A stretch of 63,918 bases of DNA, filler included, from Deltaproteobacteria bacterium (lineage in GTDB: Bacteria > Myxococcota > JACRCW01), in the NCBI GenBank assembly GCA_016218805.1. It is 4 parts of 4 records of this genome, joined end to end, with 100 filler letters (N's around TTAATTAATTAA, not from the genome) between each part and the next. Parts side by side here need not be neighbours in the genome. Positions count along the whole stretch, not along the records: positions 1 to 29,887 come from JACRCW010000082.1; positions 29,988 to 49,695 come from JACRCW010000087.1; 2 more parts are not named here. The stretch is one strand, 5' to 3'. Of this stretch, positions 29,462-39,004 are shown piece after piece. Below the pieces are notes generated by a model. That model was not told the DNA's origin. It saw nothing but the letters and a program-made list of their open reading frames with translations, and made no database searches. The first letter of the stretch is position 1. Every line of letters begins with the position of its first letter. The translations under genes were made by a program, and so were the position numbers.

Positions 29462-29887
29462 ATGGCCACCACGCAGGTTGACATCGCGCTCGCGAAGCTC
29501 GTCGTCCAGAACGGGTTGTCCGACCAGGAGCAGGTGGACAGCTTGCTGCAGTTCCAGGACATGAGCGACCGCAGCTTTGGCGAGGTGTTGGTGGAGTGCG
29601 GCATTGTTTCGCAGGACCAGCTGGGCATGCTGCTGGCGGAGGCCAGGCGCTCCGTGCAGGCGGACGCCACGCGCGTGGCGCCGGTTCGGCCGGCCACGCC
29701 CAGTCCCCCATTTGGCGTGGGGTCACCCATGTCCATGTCCGCCCAGGGTGGCGGCGGACCGGCACCGCTGCCGCTGGGCGGTTCCCGCCCCGCGTCCACC
29801 CCGCCGCAGCCGGCGCGGCCGCCGCCTGCCGCCCCCGCCGCGCCGGCGCCACGTGCGGCCACCGGCGCCGGTCCCGCGGTGGCCGCC
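29462..29887 (+). CDS. Partial protein with degenerate MshEN/GspE-N-like N-terminal motifs and Pro-rich linker; truncated at contig end
   Basis: LAKLVVQNGL.D.EQV..LL..Q and RSFGEVLVECGIVSQDQL..LL resemble tandem RLGxxLxxxG motifs. Confidence 0.55.
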
Positions 29888-29987
29888 NNNNNNNNNNNNN
29901 NNNNNNNNNNNNNNNNNNNNNNNNNNNNNNNTTAATTAATTAANNNNNNNNNNNNNNNNNNNNNNNNNNNNNNNNNNNNNNNNNNNN
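29888..29987. other. Artificial contig linker (N44-TTAATTAATTAA-N44)
   Basis: N runs around an all-frame-stop spacer. Confidence 0.99.
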
Positions 29988-30200
29988 AGCGCCGCTGCCC
30001 GGAGTACGGGCGTCGAGGCCGTCATCGCGCTGCCTATGTCAAGCCCGGTGGGTCTTGCCCGCCACAGCCAACGAAACGCTGGTGAATTCAATGCAATCAG
30101 ACCCACTCGGAGTGCAGGAGAGCCATTTGTGTTCACCCCGTGCGCCCGGGTTGAGGGGAGGGTGGGCGCGCGCGCCGTGTAGCGCAGGCCCGCAGTGTGG

Positions 30201-30281
30201 GGAAAGGGCGCATTTGCGGAGCGCGTTGGCGCTGACGCGCTGCGCAAGCAACCCGATGAGCGGGGTTTGCGGTCATGCCCT
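30201..30281. mobile_element. About 80-bp dispersed repeat, copy 1; probable MITE/IS5-like end remnant
   Basis: GGAAAGGGCGCATTT...GCGCAAGCAACCCGAT..GCGGGGTTTGCGGTCATGCCC. Direct copy at 32812-32890. The end resembles GGGC-type IS5-family terminal repeats. Confidence 0.55.
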
Positions 30282-30720
30282 GGCGCAGAGCAGGCTTCGG
30301 GCCGCAGACGTTCCAGGGAGGTGTCCGATGCGATGCCGTCGGGTGGTGGGCATGGTGAAGGAATCCACGGGCCGGTGCGCCGCGAGGATGTTGTTGTGCC
30401 GGATGGACGGCGAGCCACCCACCAGTTCGGAAAGCGGCTTGGTGGACTTGGACTCGATTCCCCAGCCGGCGGTCCGGATGGTGTTCCCTTCAATTGTGGT
30501 CCCGGTGGTGCCCCCTCGGCGGTCAAGGCTGATGGAAACGGCGGAGTCGTCAGGCCCCGTGTTCATCTGGTTGTCTGCGATCCGGCGCGTCCGCGTGCTG
30601 GGAGCATCACCCAGCATTTCCACCACGCCCTGGTTGTGTGCGTTGATCTCGTTGTGAACGATCTCCACCTCCACCGGTTCCGAGGACATGTAGACCACAC
30701 CCACGCCGATGTTCCGGACC
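30273..30720 (-). pseudogene. Fragment of a parallel beta-helix (PbH1) protein
   Basis: EIVHNEI, RIADNQM, TIEGNTI and SIRHNNI repeats. No credible start; an in-frame stop lies upstream and the 3' end runs into the repeat. Confidence 0.45.
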
Positions 30721-31151
30721 TGAAGTTCTGCTGTCAGTCGCCGACATTTGAAAACCTTCAGTGGCCAATATCGGAGATGGAATCCCTCGTGAACGGCACG
30801 TTGCGGGACATTCTGGCATCGGCAATCGACAGCAGGTTAGGGCTCACAAGCACGGGGGTTCCCAGGGTTGAAGAGGGTCTCGTCGGCGTCACTCTCACGA
30901 TCCCTGAGCTCGCCCAGGCGCGCCTAGACTCAAACTGGCTCGCCTACACCCACGCTGACGACGACATCAGTGCCTATTCAAGCCTCACGGCGAACGTGAA
31001 TGCGCGTCGAATCCGGGTCCACGACGACACTCAGGATGGAGGCATCCGCGAACTGCCAACGCCAGAGTTCCTGGTGGGCGCAGGCGAGGTAGGAGCAGGC
31101 AGACTCCACGTGTTCACCCGGGAGCGCCCGTGGCCCCGCGATCTTCAATAG
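30720..31151 (+). pseudogene. Probable C-terminal fragment of an FG-GAP-like protein
   Basis: Ends PEFLVGAGEVGAGRLHVF, an FG-GAP-like motif. Overlaps the next gene start as in an operon; 5' part appears lost. Confidence 0.4.
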
Positions 31152-32653
31152 CCCTGCCGCTGGTCACGCTGCTGGGATGCGCGGACGGGTGCTGGAGGGA
31201 GCCCAGCCAATCCAGCCCGCTCGTGCTTGGCTCGTTTGATGACGGGTTCAACTACCCATTTGGCTCGCTGCATGGTCACTACGTGTTGCATGCCGCCGGG
31301 TTGGACGGCACGGTGCGCCTCCTCATGGACGGTGTCCCAACACCGTCACATGTTGACCTCGCGGGCAACAGTCTGGCTTTCGACTTGCCGGGCGCCATGT
31401 CAGAAGGCCCCCACGAGTTCACGGTCGTTCGCGGAGACGGCCAGGACGCCGGATTCACCTACTATGCAGCCGGCGCGGGTATCTACACGTGGGCGCACTC
31501 CATGGCGGGCGGCTATCTCGCCGAGTGCGAGGGCCCCTTTGAGCGCGATGGCGGCTCTCGACGAGTCTGCGCAGCACTGGCCGATGACGGTGAGACGCCC
31601 TCGCGGATTCAGGTCGATGACTTCGACGCCAATCCGCTGCAGCCCGCCCAGCGGACTTGGCGCGGTTCGGTTCCAGATGTGCGGCAACGGAGTCCATCGC
31701 CCATTGCGCGGATACCCAATGGGCGCGGCGAACATGACGTGATGATAATCGCGCTTTCGGACTGGGATGATGATTCCAGCCTTTTCATAGGCGTGCCCGC
31801 GGATTGGGCTGTTGGCTCCGTCGAGTTGCGCAAGGTCCGGTCGGCGGGGGCCGTAATTTCGGCCATCACGTCTTGGACGGGTCCGGCGGCGCGCTTCGTT
31901 CTATGGGCAATGCCGGTCAACGGCACCGTTGCTGGGGTGCCGTTCGCCGACGGGGGGCTCGCGGATTCAGACGCGACCGGTGTGTCAATTGGCGGCATTC
32001 ATCCGGTGTGTGGCATCACGGCAATCGACCTGGATGGTGACGGGGCGGACGAACTCCTTGCGACGCAATGTGACGCCGCCGGCATTGCGGTCCTGGCTGG
32101 GACACCCGCCACGGAGTTTACGGTTCGATACACCACCCTGTCGGCACCGTTGGCAGGAACCGAGCAACAACTGCGTCCCTCGCTGGCTGACCTTGACGGA
32201 GATGGACGACTGGATGTGGCAGTTCAAGGTGACCAGGGTGTGGACCTGCTTTTCAACGATGGCCAACTCAGGTTCTCAGCCGTCCGGGATCTGGTGACGC
32301 CGAGTTTTCGCCACCAAACCGTTACCGCGGTTTCACTGGACCGGCCGGCCAAGGGGTACGTGATTCTTGGTCTTTGTCGAGATGGATTGGCCGGGGCGTG
32401 CGTATTCCGTGTCGATGGGCGGGACGCGTTTGTCCGTGAGGACTGGCGGATGGTTACGCTCGGCTGGCCTGCGCGTGTGCCCATGTTAGCATGGGACCTT
32501 GACGGAGATGGGTTCACGGACCTGCTCAACGGCGATGGTCCCGTGCAAACGACTTCCTGGTGGCGACGCCCAGACCACGAAGCCGAGGACGGTCTGTTCG
32601 GTCCCCGCGCCCCCACCGTGACGGCCGTGGTCGACGACGGCGGCGCGGGTTGA
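31130..32653 (+). CDS. FG-GAP/VCBS repeat lipoprotein with Ig/TIG-like N-terminal domain
   Basis: Lipobox LLGC; DLDGDGADELL, ADLDGDGRLDVAV and WDLDGDGFTDLL Ca-binding blades. Atypical codon usage. Confidence 0.75.
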   Translation: MAPRSSIALPLVTLLGCADGCWREPSQSSPLVLGSFDDGFNYPFGSLHGHYVLHAAGLDGTVRLLMDGVPTPSHVDLAGNSLAFDLPGAMSEGPHEFTVVRGDGQDAGFTYYAAGAGIYTWAHSMAGGYLAECEGPFERDGGSRRVCAALADDGETPSRIQVDDFDANPLQPAQRTWRGSVPDVRQRSPSPIARIPNGRGEHDVMIIALSDWDDDSSLFIGVPADWAVGSVELRKVRSAGAVISAITSWTGPAARFVLWAMPVNGTVAGVPFADGGLADSDATGVSIGGIHPVCGITAIDLDGDGADELLATQCDAAGIAVLAGTPATEFTVRYTTLSAPLAGTEQQLRPSLADLDGDGRLDVAVQGDQGVDLLFNDGQLRFSAVRDLVTPSFRHQTVTAVSLDRPAKGYVILGLCRDGLAGACVFRVDGRDAFVREDWRMVTLGWPARVPMLAWDLDGDGFTDLLNGDGPVQTTSWWRRPDHEAEDGLFGPRAPTVTAVVDDGGAG

Positions 32654-32811
32654 TCGAGTCGCGAGGGGGGAGCACTCGTGGGCGTATTCCGACGGTAGTG
32701 CCCGGACCGGCCAATCAACAGGCGGTGGCGTATGGCGGCGGTGCGGCGGCCTCCAGCGTGGCGCAACTTGACGACTTCACCGCGAACGCCTTGGCCACCG
32801 CGGCGTCGTCT

Positions 32812-32890
32812 GGAAAGGGCGCATTTACGGAGCGCGCCTGGGCTGACGCGCTGCGCAAGCAACCCGATTGCGGGGTTTGCGGTCATGCCC
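32812..32890. mobile_element. About 80-bp dispersed repeat, copy 2
   Basis: GGAAAGGGCGCATTTACGGAGCGCG...GCGCAAGCAACCCGATTGCGGGGTTTGCGGTCATGCCC. Confidence 0.55.
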
Positions 32891-33237
32891 GGCGGGGAGC
32901 ACGCTCCTGTTGTCTTGACCGCCGTCGAACACACGCCAACCGGCCACGAAGGGGGCGTGCCGTGGCGAGTCGACTGATGGTGCTTGCACTTGTTGCGCTC
33001 ACAGTCAGGTGCTCACAACAACGACGCCGGAGGAACCCGACGGGCCGAGGTACGGGCACCCTGGGGTGCGCCCCTTTGCACACGAGTATCCCGATCTCAG
33101 CACGCTGGGGATCCGCCTCAGCGTTACCGGGGATAACGCACGTTGATCGGGTAACTCTTGATGGACGTGCGCTCGATCTCGGCGCGGCGGCACGCGGCGC
33201 CCACCATCCGGAGCGGCACTCCCAAGCCCCCAAACGG

Positions 33238-33420
33238 CATCCGGACACTCCGGAACGGGGGTTCCGCGTGCACCCGTCACATTCCGGACCATCCGGAACG
33301 CGTCTGGGGAATCGCCAAAGGCATTCCGGACCATCCGGAACACGTCTGGGGACTGCGGGGACCCCTTCCGGACCCTCCGGAACGCGTCTGGGGAATCCCC
33401 AAAGGCGTTCTGCACACTCC
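33238..33420. repeat. 42-bp tandem repeat (3 good copies plus degenerate flanking copies) with internal palindrome
   Basis: Units start at 33280, 33322 and 33364 (CATTCCGGACCATCCGGAACGCGTCTGGGG + 12 nt); core TTCCGGA-N3-TCCGGAA. Confidence 0.85.
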
Positions 33421-33545
33421 TGCCTACATCTGGCGTCGGGGCGGCCGGCTTCCGGAGAGGTCGCGACTCGCTCGGTGTGTCGTGGGGGTGCGCGGCCGTT
33501 GGCGTACGCGGCACGGCCTGATGTTCGTGGCGGCTCCGCCGGACC

Positions 33546-34181
33546 CTAGTCCATCAGCCAGGCAGCCAGCGTGGCGGGCGGCGCTTCATCCGCGCGCAGC
33601 TGCACGGGCTTGTGGGTAGCCTTGAGGCGGGCGGCTTCGCGCATCACCGCGCGGGCGTAGCGCATGTCCTCCGCCTTGAGGGCGGCATCCCGGGCCAGCA
33701 GGTGGCGCAGCCGGCGCGAGCCCATGTTGTACGCCGCCAGGCCTTCCGCCAGGTTGCCGCGGTGCGTGCGGATGAACCGCTTGAGCAGGGTTGCCCCCAG
33801 CCGCACGTTGGTCTCCGGGTCGTGCAGGGCCTTGGCGGTCACGGTGCCGTTGGTCAGTTCACCCGCGGTGGAGGGCTTCACCTGCATCAGCCCGCGAGCG
33901 CCCCGGTGGCTGATGGCGCCCGGACGGAAACGGCTTTCCACCCGCATCACCGCCATCAGGAGCGCCGGGTCCAACTCATGGGCTTGCGCCTCCTCCGCCA
34001 CCGTCCGCGCAATGACCCGGCGCGTCTCCAGGTCCAGGTGTGACGCCTCCCGCTGCAGGACCCGGCCCACCCAGAGCTGGGTTTCGTACACCCGCAAGGG
34101 AACGCCCCCGGCCGCGGCACCCGGTGCCCAGGCGAGCACCGCCGCCATCACAACCCAACCGGCCAAGACCCAGCGTGGCAT
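33546..34181 (-). CDS. Lytic transglycosylase (SLT domain), exported
   Basis: Signal peptide; DPALLMAVMRVESRF..AIS..GARGLMQV, DPETNVRLG, LAAYNMG. Confidence 0.92.
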   Translation of the reverse strand: MPRWVLAGWVVMAAVLAWAPGAAAGGVPLRVYETQLWVGRVLQREASHLDLETRRVIARTVAEEAQAHELDPALLMAVMRVESRFRPGAISHRGARGLMQVKPSTAGELTNGTVTAKALHDPETNVRLGATLLKRFIRTHRGNLAEGLAAYNMGSRRLRHLLARDAALKAEDMRYARAVMREAARLKATHKPVQLRADEAPPATLAAWLMD

Positions 34182-34267
34182 CGTTTCCAGCTCCTCCCAT
34201 TTACGGGCGGCGCGGTGTATCAAGCCCCACCGCTGTCGTCATCTGTCACGAAAAGGCACACCTGAAC

Positions 34268-35464
34268 ATGCGTCCACAACCACCCCCCACCCTTGGTAGA
34301 CATCCCCTCGTCACCACCGCGATTTCCGTTAGTGCCGCCGCGCCCGGGGCCGCCCTGATCGGGGCACTGATGTGCGCGGTGGGGTGCTCCAACTCCGGAA
34401 ATTCGGACGCGGACGCGGGCGTGCCTGGCCCCCCCACGGTCACCGTGCCGGCCAGCACCGTGGTGGCCACCGGGGCCCAGGTCACCCTCACCGCAGTAGC
34501 CGTGGACCCCACCGGCGAGGCGGTGACCTACGCCTGGGAACAGCTGACGGGCGCCCCGGCCACCGTGTCCGGCGCCAACACCGCAGCGCTTCGGGTCACG
34601 GCCCCCTCCGTGAAGGTGGACCTGACCTTCCGGGTCACCGCCACGGACGCCAGCGGGGAAGAGGCCACGGCGGACGCCAAGCTCCTGGTGCGGCGCAACT
34701 CCCCGGCCACCCCCCTGCCGCTGACGGCGGGCCGCACCTTCACCTACACGGTCCGCGAGCAGGTCTACGCGTGGGCGGGCACCCCCGGTCCGCTCAACCC
34801 GACTGACCCGCAGCCGGTGGGCACCGCCACGCTGACGGTGGCCGACGGGGGGGACTCCAACGGCATCCACCTGTGGGACCTGGCGCTCACCGAATCCACG
34901 ACCGGCGCCCCGGCGTCCTGCACGGCGGGGGAGCCGGCGGAGGCGGCGTGCGGGTCGCCCAACTACGCCTGCCAGGCCAATGCATGTGTCTCCAACAAGG
35001 TCCTTTCCACCACGGCCCGCGTGGTGCAGGTGGACGACCAGCTGCGTCTCTGGGTGGATGAGCACACCGAGCCGCTGCTCATTGTGGACCCCAACCGCAC
35101 GCTGTCCGGGAGCACGCCCAGCGTGTTTGACGGGTACGAACTGTTCACCGCGTTGACGCGGGTGGATCCGCAGCTCCCGTCCACGCCGCTGAAGTACCTG
35201 GGCAGCCTGGCAGTCACGGTGCCCGGCACGCTGCCGGCGGGCGCCCTGGCCCAGCCGGGCACCATGGCGGCGGCCGTGGAGATCTTTGATGGGACGCGCC
35301 GCCCGGACGTGCTGACCAGCTACCGCGCCACCCGCGCGTACTACCAGGCGGGCACCGGGCTGGTGCTGTTCCAGCACGAGGGCGTTCCGGAGAGTTTCCT
35401 CAACGCCACCGAGCAGTCCGGCTACCGCGACGCGGTCCTGACGGGCATCAGCCCCCCGCCCTGA
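34268..35464 (+). CDS. Lipoprotein with PKD/K319L-like Ig domain
   Basis: Lipobox CAVGC; GAQVTLTA...DP.G..VTYAWEQLTG...LTFRVTATD. Start uncertain. Confidence 0.7.
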   Translation: MRPQPPPTLGRHPLVTTAISVSAAAPGAALIGALMCAVGCSNSGNSDADAGVPGPPTVTVPASTVVATGAQVTLTAVAVDPTGEAVTYAWEQLTGAPATVSGANTAALRVTAPSVKVDLTFRVTATDASGEEATADAKLLVRRNSPATPLPLTAGRTFTYTVREQVYAWAGTPGPLNPTDPQPVGTATLTVADGGDSNGIHLWDLALTESTTGAPASCTAGEPAEAACGSPNYACQANACVSNKVLSTTARVVQVDDQLRLWVDEHTEPLLIVDPNRTLSGSTPSVFDGYELFTALTRVDPQLPSTPLKYLGSLAVTVPGTLPAGALAQPGTMAAAVEIFDGTRRPDVLTSYRATRAYYQAGTGLVLFQHEGVPESFLNATEQSGYRDAVLTGISPPP

Positions 35465-35520
35465 ACCCGCTCCCAGACCAGTAGTCAGATGTAAGGAAAG
35501 CAGCTATACGCCGCGCCCCC

Positions 35521-36471
35521 ATGTCCGGTGATCGCTGGCTGCGGCTGTTGGCGGGTTGTTGCTGGGTGTGCGCCTGTCAGGTGTGCGCACCGGCCACCGC
35601 CATGGCCCAGGCTGCGGCGGAGGAGGAGGCGGTGCCGCCGGGACCGGAGGCCGCGGAGGTCCCCGCGCCGGAGGAGGCGCCGGAAGCTGAGGAAGCGCCG
35701 CCGCCCCCTGAAGCGGCGCCGGCACCGGGCGCGCCGGCGCCTCGCTTTGTGGTGTGGCGCATCAAGGCGGGGACGGGAGCGGGCGCGCTGGCGCCCCGGC
35801 TGGAGCGCCGGCTGCGCCGTGAGATGGAAACCCGGCTGGGCAGCGAAATGCTCTCCAAGGCAGCCCAGTCCGGCATCATCCTCATCCGCCCGGAGCTGGC
35901 TGACTGCGACGCCAATCTCCCGTGCGCGCTGGATGTCGCCGAGGCGCTGAACATCCGCTACGTCATTGGCGGCGAGGCGGAAGCCGCGCTGGCGACGAAC
36001 GTCACGGCGTGGGTGGTGGACAAGAAGCATGGCGCCGAGGTTCGGCGGGTGAGCGTGCCCATTGAGGGCACCGGCGAGGCGGCCGAAGTGACGGCCATGG
36101 CGCGGCTGGTGGACGCGCTGCTGGCGCGGCAGCCGCGCGCGGGGGCGGCCGCGGAGGCGGTGGCGCCGTCCCATGACCAGAGCGCGGGTGGCGGCTCGGT
36201 GCCGTGGCGCGCGGTGGCCATGGCGGCCCTGGGGAGTGCGGGCGTCACCGCGGCGGGGGGCGTGGTGGCGGTGGTTGGGGGGCTGGCGGCATTCTGCGGG
36301 ATGGCGGGGATGCTCCTGGTGCGGCAGACGTTCCACACCCGCCAGGCGTTCTTTGGCGCGGTGGGGACGGGGGTCACCGGGGCGGCGTTTGCCGCGGTGG
36401 CGGTCCTGGCGCTGCTGGTGGCGGTGCCGCTGGCGGGCGTGGGCGCGTGGCTGCTGGTGCGAGGTCCCTGA
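35521..36471 (+). CDS. Hypothetical exported/membrane protein (signal peptide, Pro/Glu linker, alpha/beta domain, two C-terminal TM helices)
   Basis: Long ORF with host codon usage; DCDANLPCALDVAEALNIRYVIGG; abuts the next gene. Confidence 0.7.
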   Translation: MSGDRWLRLLAGCCWVCACQVCAPATAMAQAAAEEEAVPPGPEAAEVPAPEEAPEAEEAPPPPEAAPAPGAPAPRFVVWRIKAGTGAGALAPRLERRLRREMETRLGSEMLSKAAQSGIILIRPELADCDANLPCALDVAEALNIRYVIGGEAEAALATNVTAWVVDKKHGAEVRRVSVPIEGTGEAAEVTAMARLVDALLARQPRAGAAAEAVAPSHDQSAGGGSVPWRAVAMAALGSAGVTAAGGVVAVVGGLAAFCGMAGMLLVRQTFHTRQAFFGAVGTGVTGAAFAAVAVLALLVAVPLAGVGAWLLVRGP

Positions 36472-38184
36472 ATGAGGTCCAGGTTCTGGTGGGTGCAGCT
36501 GGCGGGGGTCCTGGGGGCGGGCGCGCTGGCCGCGGGCTGTCCGGCACTGACCACGTGCCGCGCCGACAGCGACTGCGAAAACGGTTACGCGTGCAACCCG
36601 GAGGACGAGCGGTGCGTGCCCGCCTGCGGCGCGGACGGCTCCTGCCCGCCCGGGATGGCCTGCCGGGACGCGCGGGTGTGCGTGGACCCGCGCCAGGTGG
36701 GCGGGGGCTCCTCCGGCACCGCGGGGGGCTCCAGCCTGGCGGCCACCTCCCAACCCGCCACGTCCGCGCCGCTGGCGTCGTCCGCGCCGGCCAGCTCCAG
36801 CACGGGAACGGGGAGCAGCGGGGGGTCGTCATCATCCTCCTCCTCGGCGGGCGGGTCCTCCAGCGCGCCGCCCCGCTCCAGCAGCGCCGGTCCGCCGTCT
36901 TCCTCCGCGCCGCGCGCTTCCAGCGCGGCGCCCTCATCCTCCGCCAGCACCACCGCGGGCGGCCCCCGCGTGGACACGTGCAACGGCATTGATGACGACA
37001 ACGACCAGAGCTTTGACGAGGATGGCTGGGCGGTGGCCGAGGTGACCCGCAACGCGCTCACCACGGATGCCCCCTCATTTGTCCGCGTATCCGTGGCCGC
37101 GGCAACGGGCGGGTTTGTGGCCGCGTACAGCGCGTATTGCTCAGGCAACAGTTCGGATGTGTTTGTGAACTTCATCCGCCTGGACGGCACCTACGTGCTG
37201 GCCACCGGGCCCTGCGCCGCCGTGCGCGGGCGTGACGCCTACCTCTCCCCGTCAGACCGGTCCCGGCACCCGTGGATCACCAGTGACGGCGCCGGGCGCG
37301 CCGGGCTGGTGTGGACGGAGGAGACCCTCGGCGGGGCGGAGCTGGTTGCCGCCGAGCTGGCCCTGGACGTGAACAACACCACCAACCCGGTGAACGTGGT
37401 GGACACGCTGCAGGTGCGGCCGGTGCATTCGCGCTTTGGATCGGTGAACGCGTACGGCGGCGTGGCGGTGGCGCCGGACGGGCTGCTGACGGCTCTCACC
37501 GGCGGGGTGGACCTGCTGGATGAGCAGGTCTACGTGCAGCGGCTCACCCGCCCGGGCGCGGACCTGGTGGTCAACGGTGACGCGCAAATCCACCCGTCCA
37601 CCGAGGGCGAAGCAACCCTGGCCGCGCTGCCGGACGGCTACGTGGTGGCGTTCACCGACGCGTACACACTGTACGCGCAGGCGTTGTCCCCGTCGGGCCA
37701 GCCGCTGGGAACGGACACGCTGCTGCAGGTGGACCGCGGGGACCCGCTGACTCCCTGGGAACTCATTGCGCTGCCGCTGGAAGGCAACCGCGCGGTGATC
37801 AGCTGGTACGAACCGACCGACGGCGCCAACTGGCACATCCGCTTTGCGGTGCTCACGCTCACCACGCGCGAGTTGCGGCTGTTGGGCGGCAGCATCCCCA
37901 CGCCGGCGGACCGCGGCTATTTCGGCGCGGCCTACGTGGGCGGGGATGAGCTGGTGGTCAGCGCCACTTCGCCCACCACGCAGAAACTGGTGCTGTACCG
38001 GGTGGACCTCAACACCGGCACCACCTGCGGCAGCCCGGTCACCCTGGAATCCGCCACCGACGCTGGCCATTCCGCGGTGGCCTTCAAGGACGGCAAGCTC
38101 CTGGTGGCCTGGCACAAGGGCGGGGACCAGCCGGCTGACCAGAACAGCGTGTTGACGGTGAAACTGGACCGGACCGGACCGTGA
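36472..38184 (+). CDS. Cys-rich lipoprotein with Ser-rich linker, MopE-like metal-binding motif and beta-propeller-like C-terminus
   Basis: Lipobox LAAGC; CRADSDCENGYAC...C repeats; DTCNGIDDDNDQSFDE. Confidence 0.75.
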   Translation: MRSRFWWVQLAGVLGAGALAAGCPALTTCRADSDCENGYACNPEDERCVPACGADGSCPPGMACRDARVCVDPRQVGGGSSGTAGGSSLAATSQPATSAPLASSAPASSSTGTGSSGGSSSSSSSAGGSSSAPPRSSSAGPPSSSAPRASSAAPSSSASTTAGGPRVDTCNGIDDDNDQSFDEDGWAVAEVTRNALTTDAPSFVRVSVAAATGGFVAAYSAYCSGNSSDVFVNFIRLDGTYVLATGPCAAVRGRDAYLSPSDRSRHPWITSDGAGRAGLVWTEETLGGAELVAAELALDVNNTTNPVNVVDTLQVRPVHSRFGSVNAYGGVAVAPDGLLTALTGGVDLLDEQVYVQRLTRPGADLVVNGDAQIHPSTEGEATLAALPDGYVVAFTDAYTLYAQALSPSGQPLGTDTLLQVDRGDPLTPWELIALPLEGNRAVISWYEPTDGANWHIRFAVLTLTTRELRLLGGSIPTPADRGYFGAAYVGGDELVVSATSPTTQKLVLYRVDLNTGTTCGSPVTLESATDAGHSAVAFKDGKLLVAWHKGGDQPADQNSVLTVKLDRTGP

Positions 38185-38765
38185 CCGCGGCGCTGCTGCG
38201 CCTCTACGCCGAGGTGGACCGCGAGACGGGCGCGTTCCTGGCCCGGTTCCCGCCGGCAGCGTGCGATGCGGGCTGCGCGGATTGCTGCCGCTCGCACCCG
38301 CCGCTGGTGGCGCGGGAGGAGGCCATGCTGGTGCGCGAAGCGGTGGCCGCGCTGCCCGAGCCCGTCCTCACCGCCGTCCGTGCACGCGCCCGCGAACTGG
38401 CGCTGGGCCTGGCGCGCGGGGCGGAGGCGGACTTTGCGTGCCCGCTGCTGGTGGAGCAGGACCGCGTGCCCCGTTGTGCGGTGTACGCGGCGCGGCCGTA
38501 CGCGTGCCGGAGCTTTGGGCACACCGCGCGCGTGCCGGACGGGCGCGCGTCCCCGGAGCCGTTCACCTGCCAGCGCCTGCTGCCGCGTGTGGCGCGCGCC
38601 CGCCCGCCGCCGGTGCCATTCCGCAGCCGCGCCCTGCGCGAACTGGCAGGCGTGGCAGTGGTGGAGGACAGCTACATGCCCGTCTGGGTTGGCCTGGAGC
38701 CCAGCGAGTGGGAGCGCGTGGACAGCGGCCCGGCCGCGCGCGTGGTGGTGGGACGGCCGGCCTGA
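38181..38765 (+). CDS. YkgJ family cysteine-cluster (Fe-S/zinc) protein
   Basis: CDAGCADCC, ACPLL, CAVYAARPYACRSFG. Confidence 0.88.
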   Translation: MTAALLRLYAEVDRETGAFLARFPPAACDAGCADCCRSHPPLVAREEAMLVREAVAALPEPVLTAVRARARELALGLARGAEADFACPLLVEQDRVPRCAVYAARPYACRSFGHTARVPDGRASPEPFTCQRLLPRVARARPPPVPFRSRALRELAGVAVVEDSYMPVWVGLEPSEWERVDSGPAARVVVGRPA

Positions 38766-38934
38766 GCGGAGGTGGCGTGCGTTCCTTCCCGCGCCCGTCC
38801 GAAAACGCGCATTCCTTCCGCGACTCCCCTCGGCTCCGGATGGTGGCCTGTCAGCGTCGTGGAGAACGGGCTATTCCGCCGCAGCGTCGGTGCAAACTCT
38901 GCGCGTTGCGGGCTCTTGTCGTCGTCATGTCGTC

Positions 38935-38994
38935 ACGGGACCGCTTGTTGCCGTTTGGTTCAGCCTGATACGGGGCCGCGTCCCTATGGGGACC
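38935..38994 (+). ncRNA. Possible nhaA-I-like (Li+/Na+-responsive) riboswitch in the 5' UTR of the transporter
   Basis: CGGGAC...GGTTCAG...CGGGGCCGC resembles nhaA-I conserved blocks as I recall them. A GTCCC-TATG-GGGAC hairpin abuts the GGAGG RBS, and the gene context fits. Confidence 0.35.
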
Positions 38995-39004
38995 GGAGGA
39001 TTCC

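Noticed and set aside
29888..29987. TTAATTAATTAA flanked by N runs (also 49696-49795 and 61594-61693)
   Set aside because: Artificial contig-joining linker, not biology; adjacency across it is meaningless.
30201..32890. Integron attC cassette array
   Set aside because: The repeats lack RYYYAAC...GTTRRRY core sites, do not sit directly after intact gene stops, and no integrase is seen.
33280..33405. Possible CRISPR array
   Set aside because: Inter-repeat segments are only about 12 nt and resemble each other, and no cas genes are present; this is a tandem repeat.
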